Source: Carcharhinus amblyrhynchos (taxonomy: Eukaryota). From it: 64,000 bases of DNA. Below the pieces are notes generated by a model. The model saw only the letters and a list, made by a program, of their open reading frames with translations. It did not search any database and was not told the origin of the DNA. The translations under genes were made by a program, and so were the position numbers. Positions within the stretch are counted from its first letter, which is position 1. Every line of letters begins with the position of its first letter. Location: the NCBI GenBank assembly GCA_965287045.1, contig OZ336895.1:15624001-15688000 (forward strand), read 5' to 3'. Shown here piece by piece: positions 26,066-37,884 of the stretch.

Positions 26066-27346
26066 TCCAAGTATATTCATTAGTCACAAGTAAGGCTCAC
26101 ATTAACATTGCAATGGAGTTACTGTGAATTCCCCTAGTCACCACAAGCTGGCAACTGTTCGGGTCAATGCACCTAACCAGCACATCTTTTGGACTGTGGG
26201 AGGAAACCGGAGCATCCAGAGGAAACCCACGCTGATACAGGGAGAACGTGCAAACTCCACACAGACAATGACCCAAGCTGGGAATTGAACCCGGCTCCCT
26301 GATGCTGTGAGGCAGCAGATTGACAACAGTAAATCAAATCAAAATCAAAGACACACATTTCATGCAGGACAACCTTTGGTTTCAGCTGCCAGCAACAAGG
26401 AAATTGGTTGCAAAGCATTACTGTCTAGTCTACAGTCTGACGCCTGAAACTTTTAGCATAACCCTTATGCAGCCACACCTTCGTATCCTACACCTTCAGC
26501 CTTGGCCAAGGCTGCTGATAAGTTCAAATCCTTTTCTATGCCCTCCAGAGCTTTCTCTTTTAGTTTTCTCCTTCTCTCTGTGACACTCCTGCTTTCATTG
26601 CCTGTATATAGCGCTTCAAGAGGGCAGCTCCCCACCACCACTTCCGCAAGAGCAACTAGGGATAGGCAATAAATGCTGGCCTAGCCAGTAATGCCCACAT
26701 CCTGTAAACGAAGAAACAAAACCACTTTGACTCACACACTTGTTTTGTCCCTTGCCCTGCTGCCATTTGAGTTGGTAGCTGGGGTGTGAATAATTATGCA
26801 AATAATATTAGACTGGAAAATTGAATGCTCTTTACATATGAGATTCAGGAGGTCTCTAAAGCAGTACAATCCAAATTAAAACTGACGTACACCTGAAAAT
26901 GAAACGCAGCCTTGCTCCAAGCCTATAAACTCCTGTCAGCTTCCATTTCTATTGTACTGAATTCAAAAACTTGTGTTTCCTTTTGATACAGCGTGTGAGC
27001 ACTGAGAAAAGTGAGTTAGCCTCGGAAGGGTTCTGTTGCAGTCAGTAACTTGTAGCTCTCTGCTCAACAACTTTTCCAATCCTAACTGTTCTTCATTCTT
27101 CACCCTAACCCTAGCTGTCCAACAGTGTGCAGGTTAGGTGGATTGGCCATGCTAAATTGTCCCTTAGTGTCAGGGGGATTAGCAGGGTAAATACATGGGG
27201 TGACAGGGGTAGGGCCTGAGTGGGATTGTTCATAGAATCTCTACAGTGCAGAAGAAGCCATTCAGCCCATCGAACCTGCACCGACTGCACATACTCTGAC
27301 ACAATGAATCTTACTCAGGTCCTCTCCCCTGCCCTATCCCTGTAAT

Positions 27347-27580
27347 GATGTGGAGATGCCACTGTGGGGTAAACACAGTAAGAAGTCTCACAACACCAGG
27401 TTAAAGTCCAACAGGTTTATTTGGTAGCAAAAGCCACAAGCTTTCGGAGCACTGCTCCTTCGTCAGGTAAGTGGGAGTTCTGTTCACAAACAGAGCACAT
27501 AAAGACACAAACTCAATTTACAAAATAATGGTTGAAATACAAATCTTTATAGATAATCAAGCCTTAAAGGTGCAGACAAT
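27347..27580 (-). mobile_element. Penelope-like element terminal (pLTR) fragment
   Basis: It is the reverse complement of the 3' part of the GIY-YIG-bearing element at 59473-59975. Confidence 0.85.
27434..27470 (-). ncRNA. Minimal type-I hammerhead ribozyme motif
   Basis: The minus strand reads UUAC-CUGACGA-A-GGAGC-AGU-GCUCC-GAAA-GC-UU-GUGG. Confidence 0.75.
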
Positions 27581-28937
27581 GTAATATCATGCATTTGCCA
27601 TGGCCAATCCGCCTAAACTACACATCTTGGGACATTAAGAGGCAATTTCACATGGCCAATCCACCAAACCTGCACATCTTTGGGCTGTGGGAGGAAATTG
27701 GAAACCCACGCAGACACGGGGAGAATGTGCAAACTCCACACAACAGTCACCCAAGGCTGAAATTGAACCGGGGTCCCTGGAGCTGTGAGGCAGCAGCGGT
27801 AACCACTGTGCCAACCGTGCTGTTGGCGGTGCAGGCTTGATGGGCCGAATGGCCTCGTTCTGTGTAATAGAGATTCTGTTCAGCCTGGAGAAGTGGCACC
27901 AGAAATAAAAACTGGTAAACCCGGGACAGGTGAAAGGTTTCAACGCATTGAAATAATCTAATATCTAAACTGCGCCTTGATCACTAAGAAAATGTTCTCA
28001 GTGGCTCCAAAGTGATAAGGCAGTATAACAGTATGTTCCTTCCCTGTGCGATAAGGATGCTGATAACTGGTGTGTAGAAACTGGGGGAGCAGCTGTAAAT
28101 GAAAGGAGATTAGGCTGTGGATGTCAGCGAAATAGCTTCAATTATCTCACTTACCTGAAATGAATTCCGCCACTGCTTTTAAAAGGTATTCTTTTTATTG
28201 AATTCCAGATAGCGATGGAACAAAAGGGCAGCTTTTCGCCTTTCAAAGTTTCGGTCCTGTCACAAGTTGTCTAAACATTCACACGTGCTGGGCAACAATG
28301 ACAATCTGAGGATGATGGTGTCTAAAAATAGAAATTTGATTACCACACCTTTCAGTTTCTGCATGGCAAGTTTTTGATGCAAATAAAGTTAAAATATTTG
28401 AACCAGTCAACCAGAAAATCCCCCTGCATGTTTCTGTTCAGGATACTGGTGACTTAAAGTGACTTAAACTGTTAAGCGGGCTTAAAGTTTCCAGAATTTA
28501 TTGAAAAATAAAACAAATATTGAAAATTTGCCACAAATCAGAATATAAATATTGAGAATTCGCAGGAAGTTAACCCTGGGTAAGGGTTTAATGGCTTCTT
28601 CTTCCCTAATCGAAAATTAAGGCCCAGATTTTGCCATGAGTGTGAATGGCGACGGGGGCACAGAAATCTTGCCAAAATGTGAATCTCTCCCTGGCGCGAT
28701 CTCGCGACGCGATCATCCCCAGTCCCGCCATTGATGTGACATGGTTCAGGAACTTGGTTTAAACTCATTTCAATATCATGAGCAGGCTTCTCTGTTGTAT
28801 CATTGCCCCACATTCGGATTTTCACACTTGTCAACGCGACTTTGCATCAGCCAGATTTACAACAAGGGGAGGGAATATCTGGTGTTCACTGGTACACTTT
28901 GGGCTTTCACTGACTGATAGGCACCACAGGGGTTGGG

Positions 28938-29183
28938 TGTGATGATACTGTAATTTAATGAGTTAAATTTCCTTCTGATATTTTATTTTAGTTACAATGC
29001 CCCCACCAGCACCCGTAAACTCTGCCATTTTTGTTTTAATTTAGTGATTATCGTTTATTATTAAAAGAGTATAAAAGGGACTGCTGGGACACTGAGGTTG
29101 GAAGGTAGGAGACAGTAATGCTGCGTTCTGTGAATAAGCCTACTATCGAGAAAATGATCAGCATCTAGTTTGATACTTCACCA
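28938..29183 (+). mobile_element. Possible old solo LTR
   Basis: TGTGA...TCACCA ends, an internal TATAAAAG and a degenerate AATAAG. The flanks TTGGG / CTAGG match only partly. Confidence 0.4.
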
Positions 29184-30274
29184 CTAGGCTCGGATCCAAT
29201 TAAATTTGAAACAAAGAAATAGTCCCAGCAGTGGGAAAGAACTAGGATGTCATCTTAATGTAGCCCCCCACTATTTTCCTATGCCCTCAATCCTAGGTCT
29301 GGGAAAATTCTGCCCAAGTTAACATAAAAATACTCCGAGGATGGGATTTTACAAACGCGCTTGTCCCAAAACCAGAAAATGGTGGCCGAGGTCAATGGAC
29401 CTTTGCAGGGTCCACCCTCCTTTCCCAGCCCACTACGATTCCCATAATGGGCAGGATGGGAAAACTAACCCCCCTCCCATCTACCCGCCACATCCAAGCC
29501 ATACCCCCTTCCCCAAAGTTCTCCTTTGGAGAAGCGTTCAGACTTCCTTTGGAAGTTTGAAGTCTCCCGAACATTGCATCAATTGTGCTGCGGGTCTCTC
29601 GTTTTCCTAATCCCAGGAATTAACAAGTCTGAGGTTGGCACTATAGTGGGAACAGGGAAAGTCAGTCCTTACTTTCCCATTTTATTGCTGAATAAAAATA
29701 AGGAGGATTGGCACAAGCTGAACTTCAAGCACTGGGTGCCTATCTTTTACTCTCCATCTGTGTTTCTAACACTCGATTCGAGGTTTTTTAAACAATGCTC
29801 TATTCTCTAGATCCTAGCTATGACTGTAACACTGGGACCGCACCCTGTCCTTTCCTTCTTTATGAATGGTATGCTTTGCCTGTATACCGAGCAAGAACTT
29901 ACAGAGATATTTTTACTGTACTCTACGCGTGACAATGATAAATCAAATCATATCAAAATCCTGTCCATTTCTGGTGAGAGGCTGAATAAATTATTTAAAT
30001 CACATTTGAATCTAATTTGCATTGCTTTAATGAGTTTAATGGCTGCTCCCAGGGTGGGGGTGGGTTGTGGTGGGGGGTGGGGAATGGGGATGGGGGTTGG
30101 GGGGGTCTCAATGGCCTCCCAATCAACCGGCAAGGCCACCATGACTGGTTCCTGTTCCTGAGGACCATACATGATCCTCACCAGAAAGAACCTCTCCCAG
30201 CAAGGACACAAAGGCAAATAAGCCTGGACGATTGCATCTCAGACTCATTAAATCGATGCAAAATAGATTCAAAT

Positions 30275-30700
30275 GTGATAAGACCATGAGGTATAGGAGC
30301 AGAATTAGGCCACTCGGCCCATCAAGTCTGCTCTGTCATTCAATCATGGCTGATATTTTTCTCAGCCCCATAACCCCTGATCCCCTTATTAATCAAGAAC
30401 CTATCTATCTCTGTCTTAAAGACACTCAATGACCTGGTCTTCACAGCCTTCTGTGGCAAGGAGTCCCACAGATCCACCACTCTCTGGCGGATCGTCCCTT
30501 TAGCCTGAGGTTGTGCCCTTTGGTTCTAGAGTTTCCTACAAGTGGAAACATCCTCTCCACGTTCACTCTATCCAGGCCTCATTGTAAGTTTCAGTAAGAT
30601 CCACGGCCACCATCCTTCTAAACTCCAACGAATACAGACCCCAAAGTCTTCACCGTTCCTCATATGACAAGCTCTTCATTCCGGGGATCATTTTTGTGAT
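30275..30700 (-). mobile_element. CR1 LINE 3' end
   Basis: ATAAGACCAT-type tail and CR1 3' sequence, near the reverse complement of 51968-52468. Confidence 0.85.
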
Positions 30701-31371
30701 TTAAATAATTTATTCAGCCTCTCTCCGGAAATGGGTCCAAAAGATCAGCCAGTCTGACAGCATCTGTGGAGGAGGAGTAGAGCCAATGGCCAGCAGGATT
30801 TTCCCATCTCACCGCAGTGAACCGAGATTTAGCTAGCTGGTAAATTCTCTGACCTTGCTGCACTGAGACAGCGGTATGAGCAGCCGGTAAGATCACGCCC
30901 AAAGCTTCGAGTCAAGATCTGACTCAAAATGTTGGCTTTATTCTCTCTCCACAGATGCTGTCAGACCGGCTGAGATTTTCCGGCATTTTCTATTTTTATT
31001 CCTGCTTTGATTTCGATTGGATTTGATTTATTATTGTACATTATACAGTGAAAAGTATTGCTTCTTGTGCGCGATACAGACAAAGCATACCGTTCATAGA
31101 GAAGGAAAGGAGACTATACAGAATGTAGTGTTACGGTCATAGCTAAGATGTAGAGAATGGAGCATTGTTAGAGAGTTTAAAAGAGTCAGAATAATGTTTT
31201 AGAAGCATAGAAGGAGAGTAAAAGATAGAATTAGAAGGTTTGCTGGGCATAGCTTGCAAGACGCTGCCACACTCTGGCACCATCTTGGATTCTTGGATTG
31301 GGGGGTTGAATGCGCTGGATATCCGGTGCCAGTAAGTTCGCGAGAGGCGAGGAATCGGGTATGAACATGAT

Positions 31372-31777
31372 GGGCGACACAGTAGCACCGCGGTTAGTGC
31401 TGCTACTTCACAGCTCCAGGGACATGGGTTCGATTCCCGGCTCGGGTCACTGTCTGTGTGGAGTTTGCACGTTCTCCTCATGTCTGTGTGGGTTTCCCCC
31501 GGGTACGTAAGAACATATAAGAACATAAGAAATAGGAGCAGGAGTAGGCCATCTAGCCCTTTCCTCCCACAGTCCAAAGATGTGCAGGTTAGGTTGATTG
31601 GCCATGCTAAACATTGCCCCTTAGTGTCCTGGGATGCTTAGGTTAGTGGGATTAGCAGGTAAAATATGTAAGGATATGGGGATAGGGCCTGGGTGGGATT
31701 GTGGTCGGTGCAGACTTGATGGGCCGAAGGGCCTCTTTCTGCATTGTAGAGTTCTATGCTCTATTCTATTCTATGAT
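31372..31777 (+). mobile_element. HE1-type SINE with a short CR1 tail inserted (31507-31560)
   Basis: The V-domain is split by TAAGAACATATAAGAACATAAGAAATAGGAGCAGG. Confidence 0.88.
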
Positions 31778-32926
31778 TTATCAACTCTCGCACGATTTTT
31801 GTCCCCTCTGTTTGAAGAGTCAAACCTGATTCTGGAATACAACTGCATTTTTATCCTAAGATTCTGGGTCGTACTTTCTGTTACAGTCCTTTGAAAATTA
31901 TTTGCACAGTGATGACTTTTCATAAATGATGAAAGGAAGTTTGTTACCTTTAATTGAGCCAAAGGCTAGATTGCAATCTTATAAATAATGCCAGTTCTGA
32001 GATTTATTTTGCTTTTTCTTATCAAGTGTGCAGTCGATTGCAATAATGCTTTTACACACTGTCTTTTATGTCTAACTGTCTCGGAACACTTTGTATCATG
32101 GATTTCTGTGTAAACATAATTGGGTCACTGTCTGTGTGGAGTCTGCATGTGCCTGCGCGCGTTCCCTTTGGGTGCTCCGGTTTCCTCCCACGGTCCGAAA
32201 GACATACTGGTTAGGTAGCCATGCTGAATTCTCCCTCAGTGTACCCGAACAGGTGCCGGAGCGTGGCGACTAGGGGATTCTCGCAGTAACTTCATTGCAG
32301 TGTTAATGTAAGCCTATGTGTGACCAATAAATAAACATGCCAAGATATGTGAAGCAAGATATCCAATTCCTTGATACTGCTCCCACGTAATTTTTATTCT
32401 ATCTAGCCTGATTTGCTCAACATAACTACATCATCTCTCAATCACATCATAACTTTAATGAAATAAAAAGCTTGTCACACAGCAGGCTTTATGCTCCAGT
32501 TTATGAACAGTTGATAGATGTATTGCTTTGATCATTAAATAATAAAGTTCAATCTAACAACCAGAACTTTGGACCAAATTACAAAACTGATAGGGTGAAA
32601 TAATTTACAGATGTTCAGCAAAGCCTCCCTCCACACCCCTGATATTTGCCTGTTTTATTCATCAGAATGTTTTCAGAACAAAGCCCAGTTGACGTCACCT
32701 TATTGCCCAGCTTTGTTTTACCATTTACATTTCACCTTATTTTCCAGGTGAATAAGGTAACATAAAAGGGTCGATTTTGCGATGTGGTCACCCAAGTGAT
32801 TTGAAATGGGCATTCAGCAGAAGTGAATGTGCATCATTTTTTATTCCAGGTCAGCTCACTACATTTGCGCTTTAGGCACAGATTTGCACAGGCGTAAGGG
32901 AGCATGATGGTGGAAGTCTGCGTCAT

Positions 32927-33198
32927 GGGGCGGCACGGCGGCACAGTGATTAGCACTGCAGCCTCACAGCACCAGGGACCCAGGTTTGATTCCTGACTTG
33001 GGTTGCTGTCCATGCGGAGGCTGCATGTTCTCCCCGTGTCTGCGTGGGTTTATTCCTCCCACAGTCCGAAAGATGTGCTGGTTAGGTGCATTGGCCATGC
33101 TAAACTCTCCCTCGGTGTACGGGTGCCAAAGTGTGACGACTAGGGAAATTTCACAGTAACTTCATTGCAGTGTTAATGTAAATGACACTAATAAATAA
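32927..33198 (+). mobile_element. HE1-related SINE, alternative tail
   Basis: Head GGGCGGCACGGCGGCACAGTG through the AATAAA tail. Confidence 0.9.
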
Positions 33199-33637
33199 TC
33201 TTTAACTTTTTTGAAGGTAAAGCGCAAAAGAGTGCAGGTGAATAAAGGGAAGTGTCAGTGTAATGGGGCACAGAGTTAGACAGCCTGAAGGGTGAGTGTG
33301 CTGAAAAGATGGCAGGCAGAAGGAAACAGAAGAAAATGTAAGGCAAAATTGATGCAAGTCAGTCTTCACCTGTCTGTTGGATGTTAAAATGTAGGGGGTT
33401 TCTGCACAGATTTGTTGCGACAATGTCCTTCATCATGTCATTTCATAGCCTAATCGCTATAGATAATGCATGATTGCAGGGACATGCAAGATGGCACAGT
33501 GATTAGCACTGCTGCCTCACAGTGCCAGGGACCTGTGTTTGATTCCTGGCTTGGGTCACTGTCTGTCTGGAGTCTGCACGTTCTACCCATGTCTGCGTGG
33601 ATTTCCTCCAGGTGCTCTGGTTTCCTCCCACAGTCCA

Positions 33638-33902
33638 TGTTATAATGTAACCAGTGGTAACATGCTGTGAGAGTCAGCCAACCCAGTAGACAATGTAACC
33701 AAGGGCAAAATGATGTGGTGGTCAGCTGGCCAGCTGATCTGGTGTAAATAGAAAGTAGATGGGGATTGTGGGGAACATTTGTGGCCCTGAGCGTGGCCTA
33801 GCTGATGGTAAAATGAAGTTTCTTTATTAAACCTTTGGTTTACTTTGTGAAATTGGTTCTTTTATTGTTTGCAACTGAAGTATCCTTACTGCTGGATGAA
33901 CA
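33638..33902 (+). mobile_element. Solo LTR inserted in an HE1 SINE
   Basis: TGTT...AACA termini, a 5-bp target duplication GTCCA/CTCCA splitting the SINE motif CACAGTCCA|AAGATG, and an internal ATTAAA. Confidence 0.75.
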
Positions 33903-33907
33903 CTCCA

Positions 33908-34245
33908 AAGATGCGCAGGTTAGATGGATTGGCCATGCTAAGTTGCCCTTTGGTGTCCCAAGATGTGCAATTTAAATGGATTGGTCATGCTAAGTTGCCC
34001 TTTAGTGTCCCAAGATGTGCAGATTAGGTAGATTGACCGCGCCAACTTGCTCCTTAGTGTCCTAAGATGTGCAGGTTAGGTGGATTAGCCTTGCTAAATT
34101 GCCCCTTAATGTCCCAAGACATGCAGGTTGGATTGCTTGGCCATGGTAAGTTGCCCCTTAGTGTGCCAAGATGTGTAGGTTAGGTTGCTTGGCCATGCTA
34201 AATTGCCAATTAAGGTCCCAGGATGTGTAGGCTGGATGGATTAGT
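33908..34245 (+). repeat. 6.5 x 52-bp tandem expansion of the HE1 internal unit
   Basis: Units start at 33908, 33960, 34012, 34064, 34116, 34168 and 34220. Confidence 0.95.
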
Positions 34246-34794
34246 AACTCAGCATTAAAAAGTGGAAGAGAAAATGCCTGAGGTGCATGGGGTCCTTAAT
34301 TATGCTGGCTGCTTTGCCAAGGCAGTGGGAAGTATAGACAGAGATGAGAGGCTGGAAAGTTATTGTTAAATTTACTTCTGCCATCAATTCTGGCAATGCA
34401 TTTTGGAACATAACTTTTGGTGTAAAAAAGATTCTCCTCATCTCAATTCTGGTTGTTGTGTTAATGTCTTTAAATCTGTATCCTTTGTTACCAAGGCATC
34501 TGCCAATGCAACACTGCAAACAAGGAACAAATAAGTATTAAAATCCTTCATGATTTTGTACACCTCTCATAAATCACCCTTAATCGTCCCCGCTCAGAGG
34601 AGAATAACCCTAGCTTCTCCAGTTCTTTCATGGAACATTGATTGCTATGGTCTTCACATTAACTGCAATACATTTGGGGTTAGAGTTTCCTCTCATTTAA
34701 GCCAGTATTATCTGTGCAATCTGATGGAGCTGGTTAAGCCGGCACAGGAGATTGGAGAGCCTTAAACACATTTGAGTTAAACTCAAAGCAAGGT

Positions 34795-35210
34795 GAGCTA
34801 GGAAACAGGCCATTCGGCCCAATTTGTCCATGCTGCCCAGTTTTTAACTACTAAGCTAGTTCCAATTGCCCGCATTTGACCCACAACACTTTATATCCAT
34901 CGTACCAATGTAACTGTCTAAGTGCTTTTTAAAAGACAAAATTGTACCCATTTCTACTACTGCCTCTGGCAGCTCGTTCCAGACACTCAACACCCAATGA
35001 GTGAAGAAAACTGCCCCCGGACCCTTTTGTATCTCTCCATTCTCACCTTTAACCTACGTCCTCTAGTTTTAGACTCCCCTACCTTTGGTAAAAGATATTG
35101 ACTATCTAGCTGTTCTATGCCCCTCAGTATTTTATACACCTTTATAAGATCAGCCCTAAGCCTCCTGTGCTCCAGGGGAAAAGCCTCAGTCTATCCAACC
35201 TCTCCTTATA
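34795..35210 (-). mobile_element. CR1 LINE 3' end
   Basis: CR1 3' UTR and C-terminal coding remnants on the minus strand. Confidence 0.8.
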
Positions 35211-36099
35211 GTTAAGATTCAATTTATCAGATCAGGTCCTGGCCCAACCCAGGGCCCGCCAGGTCAATGTTGCGGAACTCCGCTAATTAGGCTGGTTGGA
35301 AGAGACTTTTCAAATTGCATTAATTTCCTTAGTTTCTTGGAGACTAAGACAAGTCTGAACACATTTTCCAAGTCAAAAAAATGTTTATTTTACTAAGAAG
35401 CCATTGAGCATGTGCAATGAGGTCCATGGGGTTGGCCTCTTGGAGTTTCTAATTGAGGCCATAACTGCTTGCCCAATTAGAAAGCCTCACCTGTATGTAA
35501 CTGTGGGACTGTCAGGTCTACTGGCATTCCAGATTCTGACTTTGCACCTGAAGGAATCTTAGAAGTGGAATTGAGTTTGTAAGTAAAGGGAACCTGGTGA
35601 AGGAAGACTGGCCTCTGAGGAATCATTTCAGCATACACCAACAAAGTACTGAATGATCCAATATCGACTTGATTCAGTCATTTTTAGCTATTTGAAAATC
35701 AACTTACTGGTGATGGCTTGAGCGTCCTGACTAAAAATGCTAATTCTTTTTTTCTGATTTTGATTTATTGATAAATGCAGCAATTAATAATTACTGGTGG
35801 AAACAAACCAAATGAAATGTTCAAACATGCTGCCCAATTCATTGAAGAGTTTATGTTTGTTTTTATGCAATGCTTTTCACCACAAACTTGAACAGTCACC
35901 TAACCGTTGGAATTTTGGTGCAATTTCCCAATTGTGTCCAATGGGACAACATTACCCCAAGGTCCACGCTCCATTCTCTTCATAGCTGCTTGATTTTGGT
36001 TACAGACCCATATTTGCTTCTGGTCTTTTCTTAAGTTAACTGACAGCTGCAGTAATGACAGCGATGTGTTTATAACTGGCCTCTGTATCTCTAGTGTCA

Positions 36100-36400
36100 A
36101 TTACAAGGGGGCACAGGTTCAAGGTGAGAGGAGGGAAAGTTTAAGGGGAATGTGTGGGGGATGTTTTTCACGCAGAGAATGGTGGGTGCCTGGCACACGC
36201 TGCCAGAGGAGATGGTGGAAGCAGGCACATTCGCAACATTTAAGAGGCATCTGGATGGGTATGCCCAGAGTAGGGAGGGAATAGAGGGATACGGTCTGAG
36301 AAAGAGGAGAAGACATTTTTTAAAATCTAGTTTGGGCATCATGACCGACACGTGTTTGGAAGGCTGAAGGACCTGTTCCTTTGGTGTTGTTCTTTGTTCT
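36100..36400 (+). mobile_element. CR1 LINE 3' end
   Basis: Translates FFTQRMVGAWHTLP...FKRHLD and ends in a GTTCTTT tail. Confidence 0.88.
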
Positions 36401-37884
36401 CTGCATTGGTAATGGGAAGGGTAAAAAGCCACATGGAATTTCTGATCACTGTCCAGCCTGTAATGTTTCATGTTTGGGCACCACGGTCCAGGCAGGATCA
36501 AGATCAAGCTTGGATACAATGTGCCACCCTTATGGAATACTTTAACAACACTTGGGCACAATCCTACCAGCCATTCATGCCACGGTCCTGCTGCAGCGTG
36601 GCCAGGGAATTTGATGGCCAGCCAAATCTCCGTTTGTGGAGTTAGGATGAGATGGAGATCAGTCGTGATCATATCGAATGGCGGAGTGGGCTCTAAGGAC
36701 TGAATTGCCTCTTCTTGCTCATAATTCCGATGTTCCTACTCAGCCGGATGGGAAAATCCCGCTGGCGTGAACGGTGGTAAGCTTCCAGCCTTAGAGCTTT
36801 GACTCACAGAGTGGTGTTGCGAGCAAAGCACTACAGGACAACCAACAATGGTGGAGTAGCATTGCAGATCTGACCAGGGCCTCCAAGTGAGAAAGGGATG
36901 GAATTTGGTGGGGAAGTTGGCAGTAGCACCATGGAGTTGGAACAACAGGAGTGTGCCAATTCCCTCTCGCCAGCACGCCCTGCCATTCAATCCTGATCAT
37001 CAACATCCATTTACCCACCTTAGTTCTGATCGTCTGGCCCCAGGATAATCTGACAGCATCAGCGTTGAAAGCTTCAACTGTTCCACTGTCCAGGGCCTTT
37101 TGATCCCAGATCTAAAATACAAGCAGCGAAGAAAGCAGTCTGCACACAAGCAGAGCACGTTAGCCTCCTATACACTGCACACTGCAAGTTCATAATGTTT
37201 CAATCAAGGTCGGAAAGTGCAGAAGATTCCCTGAACAATGTTTGATCAGTGACGTGCTGTCTACATGATTTCATGAAGTGAGGCGGTTTTTTGACATCTG
37301 TGAATCCGGCTGATTACACGGGTCAGTAGTCATATTTGATTAGCTATCAGCTCAGGCTTTGAGAGTGAAGTGTAAAGATGCCATTGCACATGTGGAGCCC
37401 TTCTGCCGAAGATGATATGGCAGATTTAGAGATTAATGCAAGAATGAAAGCATCTGTTGCAAAGCTTTATGATTGTGGAATAATATTTCATGTGAAAAAT
37501 TGACTGTCTGACATTTCTGTATTTTTTTTCATGCTATGTTCCTATTTGGTTCTTTTTAACCCTTTGGATACCAAATTGTTCTACTGTTGATAGACCGGGC
37601 TTTGCTACGAAATCTGTATTTGTGTGCCTTGTTATTGCATATTCTCTCCATTCTTTGAAACATGGTTATGACTTCCTTCATCTCTGTATCCATGTAGCTT
37701 GTCTACTTATATCCATATTTAAGAAACCTTCCATTTCCCAGCAATGCTGAACTGGTTGAACTGTGGAAGCAAGTATTGACCTGATATTGGATAGAGTTGG
37801 TGGGTCCTCCTCAAGGAGGCCATAGAACTTCTCAGCTCAGAAAGAAGACATTCAGCCCATCACAGCTGTGTCGGCTCTCTGAAT

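Larger units (their letters stand above)
27118..27880. mobile_element. Nested cluster: + HE1 interrupted by - HE1 (27231-27815), itself interrupted by a Penelope-like fragment
   Basis: The SINE segments resume collinearly on each side of the insertions. Confidence 0.8.

Noticed and set aside
26796-26803. Octamer ATGCAAAT (several other copies in the window)
   Set aside because: Expected by chance in AT-rich DNA, with no Ig leader/V exon or snRNA gene nearby.
30050-30105. G-rich tract with G-quadruplex potential (also at 61215-61290)
   Set aside because: Low-complexity interior of probable TIR-element relics, with no independent support for function.
33908-34245. CRISPR-like periodicity (also at 10295-10451)
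   Set aside because: The units are head-to-tail with no unique spacers, there are no cas genes, and the context is vertebrate.
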